64,000 nt of DNA from Octopus sinensis (lineage: Eukaryota): NCBI RefSeq assembly GCF_006345805.1, contig NC_042999.1, positions 70,804,001 to 70,868,000 of the forward strand, given 5' to 3'. This document shows positions 27,553 through 39,859 of this stretch, piece after piece (within the stretch, counting starts at the first letter, position 1; each line of letters opens with the position of its first letter). The translations under genes were made by a program, and so were the position numbers. The notes beneath the pieces are model-generated. The model did no database searches. It saw only the letters and a program-made list of their open reading frames with translations, and was not told where the DNA came from.

Positions 27553-28374
27553 CATGAGCTGATCAATAAGTATCCAGACTGTTGCCATAGTAACAATGCT
27601 AAAGCACGTAGAGTGAAGCTACTTGACACAGATTGACCTTAAACTCTGCTGTGCATGTGCACTAAGTTTTAACATTCTATCTCACTTCCACTGTTTACAG
27701 TAGTGCTTAGAAGGATCATATGTAATATGTGATTGTTGCATTGGCCATGACAGAAAGTCGAGCAGAGATTTTGCATCAAATTTTGCCAAAAAGTTTTTGT
27801 TATTCTCGACATGGTCAAAGAGATCTTTTGCAACTGAAACTCAAGCCTCTTTTTGGTCAGCTGAAAGCAGTTTTGGTACAAACTTGGCAGACACGTGTCT
27901 CATATACAAATCTTCAGTGATAATGGATTGAACTGAACTGTAACTAATCTGCACATCCTCTGATAACTCACAGATAGCAATTCAATGATTTCCCCTCACA
28001 GCTGCATGCACATCTGTGATGTTTTTCTCATTTCTACTGGTGGTGGGTTTCCCAGAACGTTCATCACTATTGACATGTTTTCGGCCATCTTGGAAACTTT
28101 TGAACCACTCATACACTTGTGTGCGGTTCATACATTATTCTCCATACACTTTCTACAACTTTGTGTAAGCTTCTGAGCAGGTATTGCTATGACAACTTTC
28201 CCTATCATGGTCAATATGATGATCACACGCTATACATGTTCCTTCCAAGCACTGTAAATGGTGGAAGCCAGCTAGAATGTTAAAACTTAGTGCACATGTG
28301 TCAAGTGGCTTCACTCTGCGTGCTTTAGCTTCGTTACTATGGCAACAGTCCAGATACTTTTTGATCAGACCTCG
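27553..28374. mobile_element. Mariner-derived element built from two inverted 5' ends
   Basis: TIR ctgatcaa(t/a)aagtatc..gactgttgccatagtaac at both ends, TA at 28375-28376; transposase N-terminal remnants on + (EQRFCIKFCQK) and on - (CMNRTQVYEWFKSFQDGRKHVNSDERSGKP). Confidence 0.75.
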
Positions 28375-28989
28375 TATATATATATGTATACACACACACA
28401 CATATACATTTATTATCATCACCATCATCATTGTTTGTAGTTTTTTTAATGAAAATACTGACCGGCTTTTAATACAGCATGTATTTTCTATTTGTGTGTA
28501 TATTTGTGGACATACTCTACCTGCTTTATAACCTTTTGTGTAATTCTTCTTATGCACTGGCTTGAAATCCTGTTTGTATTTATAACTACCCATAATCATT
28601 GGAAGTTCGGTATTATTATTTGCATAAAAGCACTATGTGAGATCACCAGGTATTGTGAAGTCTAGCAATTGTAGCAACTATGAAGGCTATAATTATGTGT
28701 TGATCATTTGTTAAAAACATGTGGTACAAAATTGTTTTCTTGAGATGTGCATTTTCTTGTACGTTTGAAGAAATTCCTTTCGGAAGATATTTTTTCTGAG
28801 ATCTCTGTTCATGGATGCAGTGTGAGTGTAGTATGATGCGTTCAGGTTGCATGTGGTGTGCAGCCAGTTGAAGAAATATTTGTTAGTCATATAGTACTGT
28901 AATTAAGAGATACAGGAGAGTGCAGTACTAAATGCTCTACAGCTCTTAGTGTACGAATGAGTTTATTTAAAATTTACATAAACATATAA

Positions 28990-29232
28990 AAAGCACCAAC
29001 CGATCGTGGCCGCTGCCAGCCTCCCCTGGCACCTGTGCCGGTGGCACGTGAAAAGCACCCACTAAACTCACGGAGTAGTTGGCGTTAGGAAGGGCATCCA
29101 GCTGTAGAAACACTGCCAGATCAGACTGGAGCCTGGTGCAGCCTCCTGGCTTCCCAGAACCCGGTTGAACCATCCAATCCGTGCTAGCACGGAAAATGGA
29201 TGTTAAACGATGATGATGATGATGATGATGAT
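28990..29232 (+). mobile_element. RTE-type 3' tail or SINE ending in (GAT)n
   Basis: ggcgttaggaagggcatccagctgtagaaac...gatgttaaacgatgatgat; recurs at 4840-5030, 25170-25400, 29390-29550 and 42085-42230. Confidence 0.75.
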
Positions 29233-29384
29233 ATTTGTATAAGAAACAGTGTACCTTTCAGTGCAGGCTCTGGATTCCATAAAAAATCTGTAGAGATAAA
29301 CTTAAAAATGCAACATTGCACTGCTAACACAAAAGTAAGACACAGTACTGACTTGTAAGCTTTTAATATACTTGGTAGTATATT

Positions 29385-29550
29385 ACATCATCATCATCAT
29401 CATCATCATCGTTTAACGTCCGCTTTCCATACTAGCATGGGTTGGACGGTTCAACTGGGGTCTGGGAAGCCTGAAGGCTGCACCAGGCCAGTCAGATCTG
29501 GCAGTGTTTCTACAGCTGGATGCCCTTCCTAAAGCCAACCACTCCGAAAT
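29385..29550 (-). mobile_element. RTE-type 3' tail or SINE, inverted relative to 28990-29232
   Basis: catcatcatcgtttaacgtccgctttccat...cagctggatgcccttcctaa is the reverse complement of the preceding copy. Confidence 0.8.
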
Positions 29551-30447
29551 AAAATATTGTATCCTTGCTAGCAATTAATATTTGTGCATCAGCTGCCAGG
29601 AATATGTTTCATATGTAAATTGGTCTGTCCAATAGTATTATACCACTAGACTTACTGGGTATTTAAGAAATACGTTTGGAGATAGTTGAAGATTTGGATG
29701 TGGTGCTGACGAAAGAGTAATAACTCTTGAAATTTATATATATATATATTCACCGACTATCTATTTTTTCTATCTTTGATATCATTGTTTAGAATGTAAA
29801 CAATGAGATCAAAGTAGAAAAAGTATGAAACACGATGTTAAATGATGATGATGATGATGATGTCCATAATGTGGTTTACCACAAGCCTTCCTTGCCAGCA
29901 CTGCTTGAGCAGGGTTTTTTTTTATCATAGGTGTCCCACACATAACCATCCTGTCTCGTTAAGAATCTCTGAAACATTATCCATTGTGTTCTTTCTGCTT
30001 TTTCATGTGGTTGGATGTTGATTAACGAAAATTTTGTTGCTCTTTCTTGCAACAGGTTAATAAATATAGATACATGTGAGATATGTAGGAACACTAATAT
30101 AATTCTATGTTATATCGTAAGATCATCATCATCATCATTGTCATCGTCATTATTTTATGTTTGACTTTTGCTTTGTATTTGTACAAGTTGGCTCCAAGTC
30201 TCACCCAGAGACCTCAAGAAACAATAAGTTAGAAATTCATGTTGGTGTTATGCCTAGGGTGCCATATATTTGGTTTTGTACATAGTGTTGTTCTAGAGAA
30301 TGTTTAAGAAACCATAAGAAAATTATGTTTGTTTCAAAATTTGAGATTACATAGACAGTATTGGGCACTTCCCATGAACACTATCATTTGAATTTCTGCC
30401 ATTTTTGGGTTTCCTGGTATCTGAGCTAGGTAGCAATCAGCCATTAC

Positions 30448-30486
<39 letters not shown>

Positions 30487-31042
30487 CACCGCCGCCACCA
30501 CCAGCAGGAGGAGGAGGAGGAGGAGGAGGCAGAATCATTAGCATGTTGGGCATTCTGTCTTTATATTCTGAATTCAAACTCTGCCAAGGTCAATTTTAAT
30601 TTTCAACCTTTTTTTTGGTGGTGGTGGTGGTGGTGAAATAAGTACCAGTTGAGCTTTTTAGCTTTTCTGTAACTCTCTCTCTTCACTTTCCTTATCCACT
30701 TATCATCTGGGAGTTGCACTCCGCTATTGCTGCTGCTGTTGTTGTTGTTGTCATCATTTGTTTGTTTGTCTGTTTATTTTAAGTAATTATTGATATCTAA
30801 ATTCAAATCTTTTCTAATTAACTTTTCTGATAGCATTCTTTTTATATTTGGCAACTACTCATAGTAATGAATCTCGGGCTTGTAATAGCTCTGGGCTATG
30901 TAAGAAACCAGTTTATTAAGTATATAAAAGTTATTTTTATAAGATGGTGAGACTAGTTTTATTTGGTAATAAATCTTGTACTGTTGGAAGGCATGTAGCT
31001 AAATAGCTTGGGATGTTCAACCTCACATCATAAGCTTTTGGA

Positions 31043-31318
31043 CATTATCTACATTATTTACATTTGACGGATATTTGTCCTCATCTTGTTCGCTGTTAAC
31101 ACAACATTTCGGCTGATATACCCTCCAGCCTTCATCAGGTATCTTGGGGAAATTTCGAACTTGGGTCCTCATTCCTAACGTATTTTTCAATGTTGTTGTT
31201 GTTGGTGTTGGTATTGTTGATGTTGTTGTTGTTAATATTATTATTATTTATTATTATTATTATTATTCAAACAAGATGAGGACAAATATCCATTAAATGT
31301 AACTAATGTAAATAATAT
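31043..31318. mobile_element. Short fold-back element with Penelope-like terminus
   Basis: Inverted arms of about 45 bp (31043-31090 and 31270-31318); the interior, read on minus, contains cctgatgaaggc...ccgaaatgttg, resembling Penelope 3' termini. Confidence 0.55.
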
Positions 31319-31700
31319 ACGTAATTCCTCATCTCTTAAATATAGAACTGCCTAAGCTTTTGGGTTTGATTCCTAGACTGATTAATGTATTGCTGCTATT
31401 ACTTATTGTTAATGACAATGTAACATATTAAGATCAATCTTATTGATTTTATCAGATGTGTTACTCTTATACATGGCCCTCCTCCTCTCTCTTATTTTAT
31501 ACTTGTAATATTGTAGCGCACCAGGCTGTTTGATGTCACTGTCTTGCATTTAGATATCTCATCTGGCCCCCTTTCTCTTTATACATTCCTACTTATGTAA
31601 CATATCAGACCTATGTCATCAGCTCACCATCTGTCTCCCTCATATACATATGCATGTGCACATGTGTGTGTGTACACACATGCACACACACACACACACA

Positions 31701-31735
<35 letters not shown>

Positions 31736-32119
31736 TCTGTTTCTCATGATGAATCATACTTAGTGGAATATTGAGAGTGTTGGATAGAATGTTTAGTATT
31801 TGTTCTGGCTTTTGGTGCTCAGAGTTCAAATCTTGCTGAAGGTAACTTTGCCATTTATCTTCCCAGGGTCAATGCTGGGGTTGTCTAAACAACCGTAGTG
31901 ATGAAATGTGTGTAGGAACTAATATTGATTTCAGATTTTGGCACAAGGCCAGCAGTTTTGAAGTAGGGGCTAAGTCAAATTGACCCTGGTGCTCATCATC
32001 ATCATCATCATTATCATCATCATCATCATATGTTCAATTCCCATGCTGCCATGGATTGGACAGTTTGACAGAAGCTGGTCAGTTGGAGAGCTGGATGCAC
32101 TTCCTAATACCACTCCAAG

Positions 32120-32505
32120 AGTGGTTGGTTTGGTAAGTAACTTGCTTACCAACCACATGGTTCCGGGTTCAGTCCCACTGCATGGCACTTTGGACAAGTG
32201 TCTACTATAGCCTCAGGCCGACTGAAGTCTTGTGAGTGGATTTGGTAGATGGAAACTGAAAGAAGCCCATTGTATATATATATATATATATATGTGTTTG
32301 TGTGTCTGTGTTTGTCCCTCCAACATTGCTTGACAACGATGCTGGTGTGTTTACATTCCCGTAACTTAGCAGTTCGGCAAAAGAGACTTATAGAACAAGT
32401 ACTAGGCTTACAAAGAATAAGTCCTGGGGTCGATTTGTTCAACTAAAGGCGGTGCTCCAGTATGGCCGCAATCAAATGACTGAAACAAGTGAAAGAGAAA
32501 AAGAG
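32120..32505 (+). mobile_element. tRNA-derived SINE, family 2
   Basis: Colinear with 55647-56045, including the internal TA/TG microsatellite and the tail aaggcggtgctccagtatggccgca.tcaaatgactgaaacaag. Confidence 0.85.
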
Positions 32506-32681
32506 TGTAGTGAGTGCTTTTATGAAATACTGGCTTTATCAACCCCAAAAAGTTGAATGGTGAAATTTGAGTTCAGAATGTGAAGACAGACGAAATACTG
32601 CCAAGCATTTAGCCCAACGTTAACGATTCTGTGATTAATAGGAACTAAGAATATTAACTTTTGTTTATATCTTGATATCTC

Positions 32682-32728
<47 letters not shown>

Positions 32729-33249
32729 TGTTTGTGTTTGTTCCTAACCATTACTTGGCAACTGGTGTTGGTTTGTTTACATCCCTGTAATCTAGTAGTT
32801 TGGCAAAAAAAAAAAAAAAAAAGAGACTGATAGAGTAAGCATCAAACTAAACAAAATAATAAGTACTGAGCTTGATTTGTTCAATTAAACCTTTCAAAGC
32901 AGTGGTCCAGCATGGCTGCAGTTCAGTGGAACCCAAGTAAAAGAAGTCAAAAAGAAAATGCTACAGGAACTATTCAAAAACAGACCATTGTGCAAAACTA
33001 CAGAACAGAAATAAAAGAAAAGAAAGAAAGATACTAAACTATTTGATATACTTAACAAATGGGTAAACAACACTTTTGAAGATAATTTTAGATATAACAG
33101 TGTAATTTGTTTGAGTTAGTTGATACCTCTTGCTCTCAATGAAATCTTCATGTCCCAATTTTGAATTTCCTGATAAAGCCTATCTTCAGTTAAATTGAAG
33201 ATGCCGACCTGCAAGGAAGACTCTTATTTAGTTATGTGATTACGTTTAT

Positions 33250-33745
33250 CCTTTCCTTGTTTTAATCATTGGACTGTGGCCATACTGGAGCACCATGGTT
33301 TTAATTGAACAAATTAACCCCAGTACTATTTTTTTTGCTTTAAAGCCGTGTATTTATTCTGTTGGCCTCTTTTGCCAAACAGCTAAGTTACAGGCACACA
33401 AACCAACCAACACTTGTCTAGTGGGGTGGGTGGGTGGAACAAAGACAAACACAGATATGAAGGTACAGATATCTATGTTTGCCTGACTGCTTGCTTGCCT
33501 ATTTCCTACCTACCCACCCACCTACCTTCCTACCTACCTACCTACCTACCTGCCTACCTACCTACCTACCCATCTGTCTACCTACCTATCTACTTACCTA
33601 CCTACTTGCCTGCCTGCCTGTCTGATGGGCTTCCACACAGTTTCTGTCAACCAAATTCATTCACAAGGCATTGGTCAGCCCAGGGCTCTAGTAGAAGATA
33701 CCTACCCAAGTTGCTATGAAGTGGAATGAACCTGAAGCCATGTTA
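33250..33745 (-). mobile_element. SINE family 2 with expanded internal (CCTA)n
   Basis: Both ends match family 2 in reverse complement; 33505-33620 is a CCTA/CCTG array. Confidence 0.7.
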
Positions 33746-34623
33746 TTGTTTAGTTGCAAATCAGCTCTGATGAAGCAAACCTGTAATCAAAGGCCTCCCA
33801 GCTCTGATCATCTATCCTTTATTCAGGCATAGTGCCATCTAGAACTATAATACTCAATAAGTACTTTCTTCTTTAAGGTAATAGGATATGGTTTAATGAA
33901 GACTTGGCGGCTATTACCCGCAACTTCAACTACCATACTCTTATTTTGATGCTCTTACAGTGATTGGAAAAGATTGTTAATAAGCTATGGTATTTTGAGA
34001 TGGTTTACACTGCTTACTTGCAATATCTTTTTCATATTTCTGCAGAAGGCAGAAAAAAAAAAATCTATTTTATTTTACTATGTCTTAGTTAAAGGTGTAC
34101 TTGGAAAGGACGTATCTGGAATGCTGCATCAATACCACTAGTAATGTTAATATAATAATGAAATGTACTTCCTTTTTTTTTAACTACAAACTATTTTTTC
34201 TTTATAAGAAAACTTTGTAGAACGTTTGTGTCTTGAATTGAAATAGTACTTATTATACACAGCTACCAATGACTAAATACTTTCAGAACTTTACTTTATG
34301 ATATATACTCTTCACTCAAGTTCCTCAATTTCATTTAGTTTAATCTAGTCGAAATTCTCTCCCCTTTAATAGTAAACTCATCTGGAACAAACCACTTGTT
34401 CAATAGTAATGATAATAATGATTTCTTTTATTGGCCACAAGGACCCATTCTGTGATTGAAATGGAGTGAAACTCTTTTAGAAGACACTTGGATACATCTG
34501 CCAAATAATAGTTACAATTTCAGCAGTCAAAAACAGCAAAGGACAAGCAAGATTAGAGGAAACTCACTAGTGATGGTTCGAGCATGGATTCCATATGTAA
34601 TGCCAATAATAATAGTAATAATG

Positions 34624-34656
<33 letters not shown>

Positions 34657-36849
34657 CCCTCATAACAATGATCTTTCCATAAAACACTGGTGGTAGTGTA
34701 AACCTAAAGTCAGTAACCTCATATAAATGTTTTATACCAAACTCAAATTTTACAAAACAACAGTCCAATGAGACTTGAGCCTCTGGTGAAGGTTTCTTGC
34801 CTAATAGGTACTTTGTAGTTCAGTAGCACATGCCTGATCATCATCTTGTTTTTGTTATGTGAAAAGTAGAGTAGACAAAGAAAGTCAACAAGAAAGTAAT
34901 GGAAGGCTACTTAAGAAGCAGAACGAAAAAGAAAAGAATTCTGGAAAAGAATGCTGAACATTTGGAATGTATGGGGGTATTTAATCTCAGAGGACAAGAG
35001 CTTATAAATTAAGTGTTGTGTATCAGGAATGGTAAAAATCTCTCTGATTTAGAAATTGAAACTGTACAAAGATCACCCAATAGTATTCAGCAACCAGTTT
35101 CTACATCTTTCATTCATCACCATCATCATTCATCATATTCAGCCATTATTTTTTCACTGTAATGTGAGGACATCCTTAAGTAGGTGTCAGTTGGAATCAT
35201 CCTGTGCTGTTTTTCTCCCTGTAATGCTCATAAAGTTATCTATTTCATCTGTCCATGTTGTGCTGTCTTTCCTGATGTAGCAAACCTCTTTTCTTCAGTC
35301 TCTGTTCTATACACAGCTTTGTCTCCCTGTTGTTATTTGTTTGAACTGCATGCTTTTTCCAGCTCCATTTTCTCATAATATGTTTTATTATATCTTGTAC
35401 TATTGCTTACTATTTTATCCATTCACAAATTTTCCATCTTTAGTCATTCCTAACAAGCATCTTTTTATACTACTTTGTGTTGTCCTAAGTTTCTGTTCCA
35501 GGCTTTTAGTTATTGTTCACGTCTCTGTTCCATAATTTTTTGCTGTTATGACAAGTTCAGGATAAAATACTCTGCACTTCAGGTACAATGGCATCTTGTC
35601 CTGATGTTAATTTATGAAAAGCACTTGTGTTATCTCAGATCCCTCTCTACTTCACCAAGATAGCTGTATCCCACTTTTACTAGCTCTCCAAAATAAATTT
35701 TGCATTTGTTAGCTCTTATTACTATAGGTGGACTTAATGACTTCATGCAGTCATAAAAACCATACCAAATTAGACTGTGGAGCACGATGCAGTCCTTTGA
35801 CTCGTCGGCTCCTGTCAAATAGTTCAACCCATGCCAACATGGAACATGGACATTAAATGATGATTGATGATTGAATAGTCAGCTATTACAGTTTTATATG
35901 TTAAAAAACCATGCAAACCGAGATATACTCTGGTCTATAGTCAATAAAGTCTGTTATGCTATGGAAGATAACGTTCTGCATAGTCGAAACAATTGAATAT
36001 TTTTTTAAACATTACTTTCAAATTATTTGTAATCTTCATTTAGTGGAATGTTTTTTGAAATTTAAATCTTGTAATTTGTAGAAGTCTAACAAATGTTATC
36101 TCCCTTTAAATTGGTGTGTCGGTTAAGAGTAATCTCCCTTGGATTGGATAACTTAAAAAACAAAAAAAAATTAAAATTACGAGTATAATTTTGAAATAGA
36201 GTTCTGTTGTGTCTGGGGAGAGTCATTTTCTTTTTGTGCCTTATAATGTAACACACTCACCGGTAAAATTTCCACTTATTTCTTATTTTTATTTTTCTAA
36301 AATTTTCGTTGCGTCTTACAACCTTTTCAATAGTCTTGACTTAGTCCATTATTTACACTCCAAATCCAAAAACGAAATTTAAAATAGAGTTTCTAAATTA
36401 AAGCTATATTTTTTGCATAGCTATTATCATTTCCCCTTGATTATTTGCTTATCTAACTTAGAATCTCCGAAACGTATAATGCCAGAGAGTCGAAATACTT
36501 ATCAAAATTAAGAACAAAAGTTTTCATTTGTGTTTACAAAATTACCTGTCGGCTCATCAGTATTAAACTATCAACATGGCGATCCAGTAATATTAAGCTG
36601 GTTATTAGAAAGCCAAGAAACTACTTTGAAATGTAATAAATTTGACGAAAAATGAAAGAGAATAGAAATACGTTCATATTCATAGTTACATTGCTATACA
36701 ATTTCTTTCAGTAATTAGCTAGTCTAAAACACATTCAAAGCTTAATGACTTCACATATCAATAAAACACTACCATACTCCAGTCTCTTATAAGCATGAAC
36801 AACATTTCAACTGGAACCCTGTAGGTCAATGCAACTGCTATATGTCACC

Positions 36850-37200
36850 ATCATGAAGAATCTCTCCTGGTGAATGTGCATCCATAACATTGCAAAGATT
36901 ACATCACAAAGATTAACTTTACTCTTCAGAGCCAGAAAATAATTTTCTCCATCCACTTAACAACTGCTTACCTTCTATAAAGGCTAAGTGAGATATTCAA
37001 TGGAATTTTGCTTCCACATCTGGGATGCTACCGCTGCTAAGCACTCAAACATTATAGACCACATCTAAAGAAAGGCTACTCAGCTAATTGGCATGAAGCC
37101 ATGCTCAATCATATTTTAACTTCTATCCCACAGATTTACTGTCTCCTCTTTATGCTTTATTTCATTGCCAAGACAGTGACTTCTGCATCTTGGTGTTGGC
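36850..37200 (+). mobile_element. Ancient CR1/Jockey-like LINE RT C-terminal remnant
   Basis: Broken frame resembling LYKA..MEFC.HIWD...LD.I..KA..LI; heavily decayed. Confidence 0.4.
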
Positions 37201-37367
37201 TGTTACCTCCACTCAAGGACTGCTAGGCCACCACCATAGCCATGATGCTTAGTCCTTCATACCTGGACTGTCAGCCACTAAAATACCTCTCTGCAGCTGT
37301 TGACTTGCAACTTGGCAAGTGTAACCATGTTAATCTCAGTCTGAGAGGGCCTGAGGAAGACATAAGG

Positions 37368-37500
37368 GCCTCCTCCTCCCCTCCCAATCCCCTCCCCCTC
37401 CCCTCCCCCTCCCCTCCCCCTCCCCTCCCCCTCCTCCTCCCCCATCTTCTTCTCCATCTCCTCATCTCCTCGTCACCCCTCCCCCTCCTCATCAGCGTCA
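37368..37500. repeat. C-rich polypyrimidine tract (CCT/CCCCT)n
   Basis: Read directly; the G-runs lie on the minus strand. Confidence 0.9.
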
Positions 37501-37714
37501 TCTAACGTCCATGTCCCACACTGGCATATGTTATTCCTGATTAAACCAGTGAGAGAGGGAGAAACAAAAGCTCTTAGACACTTCTTATGCAGAAAAAATA
37601 TTTTCTTTTGTTTGTTCTTCATTTAATGTTAATTCAAATATTTCTTTTGATTTTTGTAAGACAATGGAAGCTGTGTTGCATAGTGAATATAGTCTTTTTC
37701 TGCTTTCCCCCCCC

Positions 37715-38380
37715 CCTCTCTTCTGGCAGAATCGTTAGTACACTGGATGAAATGCTCAGTGGTATTTCACCTCTTGCTACATTCTGAGTTCAAATTCTGC
37801 TGAGGTCAACTTTGCCTTTCATCCTTTCGGAGTTGATAAATTATGTACCAGTGAAACACTGGGGTTAATTTCAGGCCTTGTGCCTATAGTAGAAAGGATT
37901 ATTATTATTGTGGTTGTTGTTATGAGCTGACAGAATTGTTAGCATGCTGGACATAATACTTAGTGATAGTTCTAGCTTTATGTTCTTAATTCAAGTTACA
38001 CCAAGATCAACTTTACCTTTCAGCCTTTTGTGGTTGATGAAATAAGTACCAGCTAAGCACTGGTATCAATATAATCAACCCCCCCCCCCAAATATTGCTG
38101 GCCCAGTGCCGAAATTTGAAACTATTATCATTATTATTGTTATTATTAATTTGGTGAGCTGGCAGAATTGTTAGCACACTGGACAAAATGCTTAGCGGTA
38201 TTGTGCCTGTTGCTACGTTCTGAGTTCAAATTCTGCCAAGGTCAACTTTACTTTTCATTCTTTCATGGTTGATAAAATAAGTACCAGTTGAACACTGGGG
38301 TCGATATAATCAACTCATCCTGTCTCTCAAAACTACTGAACTTGTGGCATAATTTGAAACCATTATTATTATTATTATGC
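37715..38380 (+). mobile_element. Three head-to-tail SINE family 1 copies
   Basis: Units start near 37720, 37925 and 38150 (ggcagaat.gttag...), each with a .agtt.aa head box and an (att)n tail. Confidence 0.85.
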
Positions 38381-38702
38381 ACAATTATGATATTAGAAAC
38401 AGAGAGAGCATCAGAAGTTTAGATGTGAGAGAAGAATGCTCATATCTCAGTAAATATCATTGAATCAGTGACTAAAGCCTTAGTACCTATCAGTCAACAC
38501 CTTTCTACAATAATTGATATCATTATTTGTATAGAAAAAAAAATCTGAAATATTAATGTAATTTGATATAATCATTTCTCACGTATTGGTTTGCAGTGAA
38601 TTATTTTTGTCTGTTTTTCTCACATAAAATAATTTATGATTATTTTTTCCCTCATTCAATAATCTGAGTATTGATTTTAATGGTTTTGTTTTTGAATTTC
38701 AG

Positions 38703-38916
38703 GCATGAAGGTGTCTATGGATTCTATAAAGGGCTTGTGCCTAATCTGGTACGAGTTACTCCTGCATGCTGCATCACGTTCCTGGTATATGAAACAATGA
38801 TGAGTAAATTTGCTGATAGACGAGAACAGCAAGAGCAACTTGAAGCTGAACTTGAAGCTGCACTTCAGTTGCAAGAGCAGAATGCAATTCCACCTGTAAA
38901 TGGCAAAACGGAGTGA
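38703..38916 (+). CDS. SLC25A32: Terminal coding exon B of the mitochondrial folate/FAD carrier: (R)[70 protein letters not shown]
   Basis: Acceptor ggttttgtttttgaatttcAG (AG at 38701-38702), phase 2; near-identical to the recalled human SLC25A32 C-terminus [29 protein letters not shown]; TGA at 38914-38916. Confidence 0.93.
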
Positions 38917-39859
38917 TTGATTGTATCAATTTTGGTGGAAGTAGCGAATTGTTTTTATTCTTATATCAAATAGAATTTTTAGTCATCATTTTTTTTCAGG
39001 CATTATTTTTTATTAGGTAAAAAAAACCCTTTTCTATTGAAAAAAATTTTGTTTCTTAAAAGTTGTTTAAAGAAGTATTTGTAGTATTAACATGGAGAGA
39101 AAAGTGGATGAAGACTTGAAATATCCTCTGTATTTATCTCTTTGTTGGTAGCGTCTAAAATTTTTGTTTGATTCATTAATATTTTAGAGTTGTTGTATGC
39201 ATTATCAACAAAATTGATTTATAAATATAATACATAAAAGACGCAGAAGTGACATGAAAACCATCTGGTAGTCATGTGTAATTACTTCCCATGTCAAAAT
39301 GGAAAGTACATCTTTTATAACAAAGATTTCAAAAAAGAAAAAAAAATATATACTAAAAAAAGCAAGGAGTCCTTACCCAAAGAATAATTTACAGATATTT
39401 GTACTTGGGCCAAGGGATTGCCAAAACCTTCTGGTTGGACTCTGTAAAAGATTGCAATATATGACTGGTATGTTAGTTGTATGAATTATTCAATTGGATT
39501 ATTGAAACCACCACCAGTATTTTATTTTGCCTGTTCTTTATTAATACATATCTGTTTGTTTGTGTTAGGTTCTGAAGGGAACAATTTTTAATAATGCATT
39601 TATTCAACTTACATTCTTCACTGTGAAAAACCTTTAGATTTTTATAATTTTTTTGATTGCTCAGTCAATTTTGATGCATTGGGAATTGGAAAACTTTTAA
39701 TAGGTATAAACATTCTATTATTTTCTTTTTGTTGTTTTTTAAAAAAATTCCTACTGCTGTGATATTTAGAAGGAAATAAAAACCAATCATGTTCTAATGT
39801 TGTTTAATTTTTTTATATATTTTAATTTCTCCATCCATGCTTTTGCAATTTGTTGTAGT

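Noticed and set aside
30405-30599. Poly-Leu/Pro/Gly ORF
   Set aside because: Adjacent trinucleotide microsatellites (CTA, CCA, GGA) running into a SINE.
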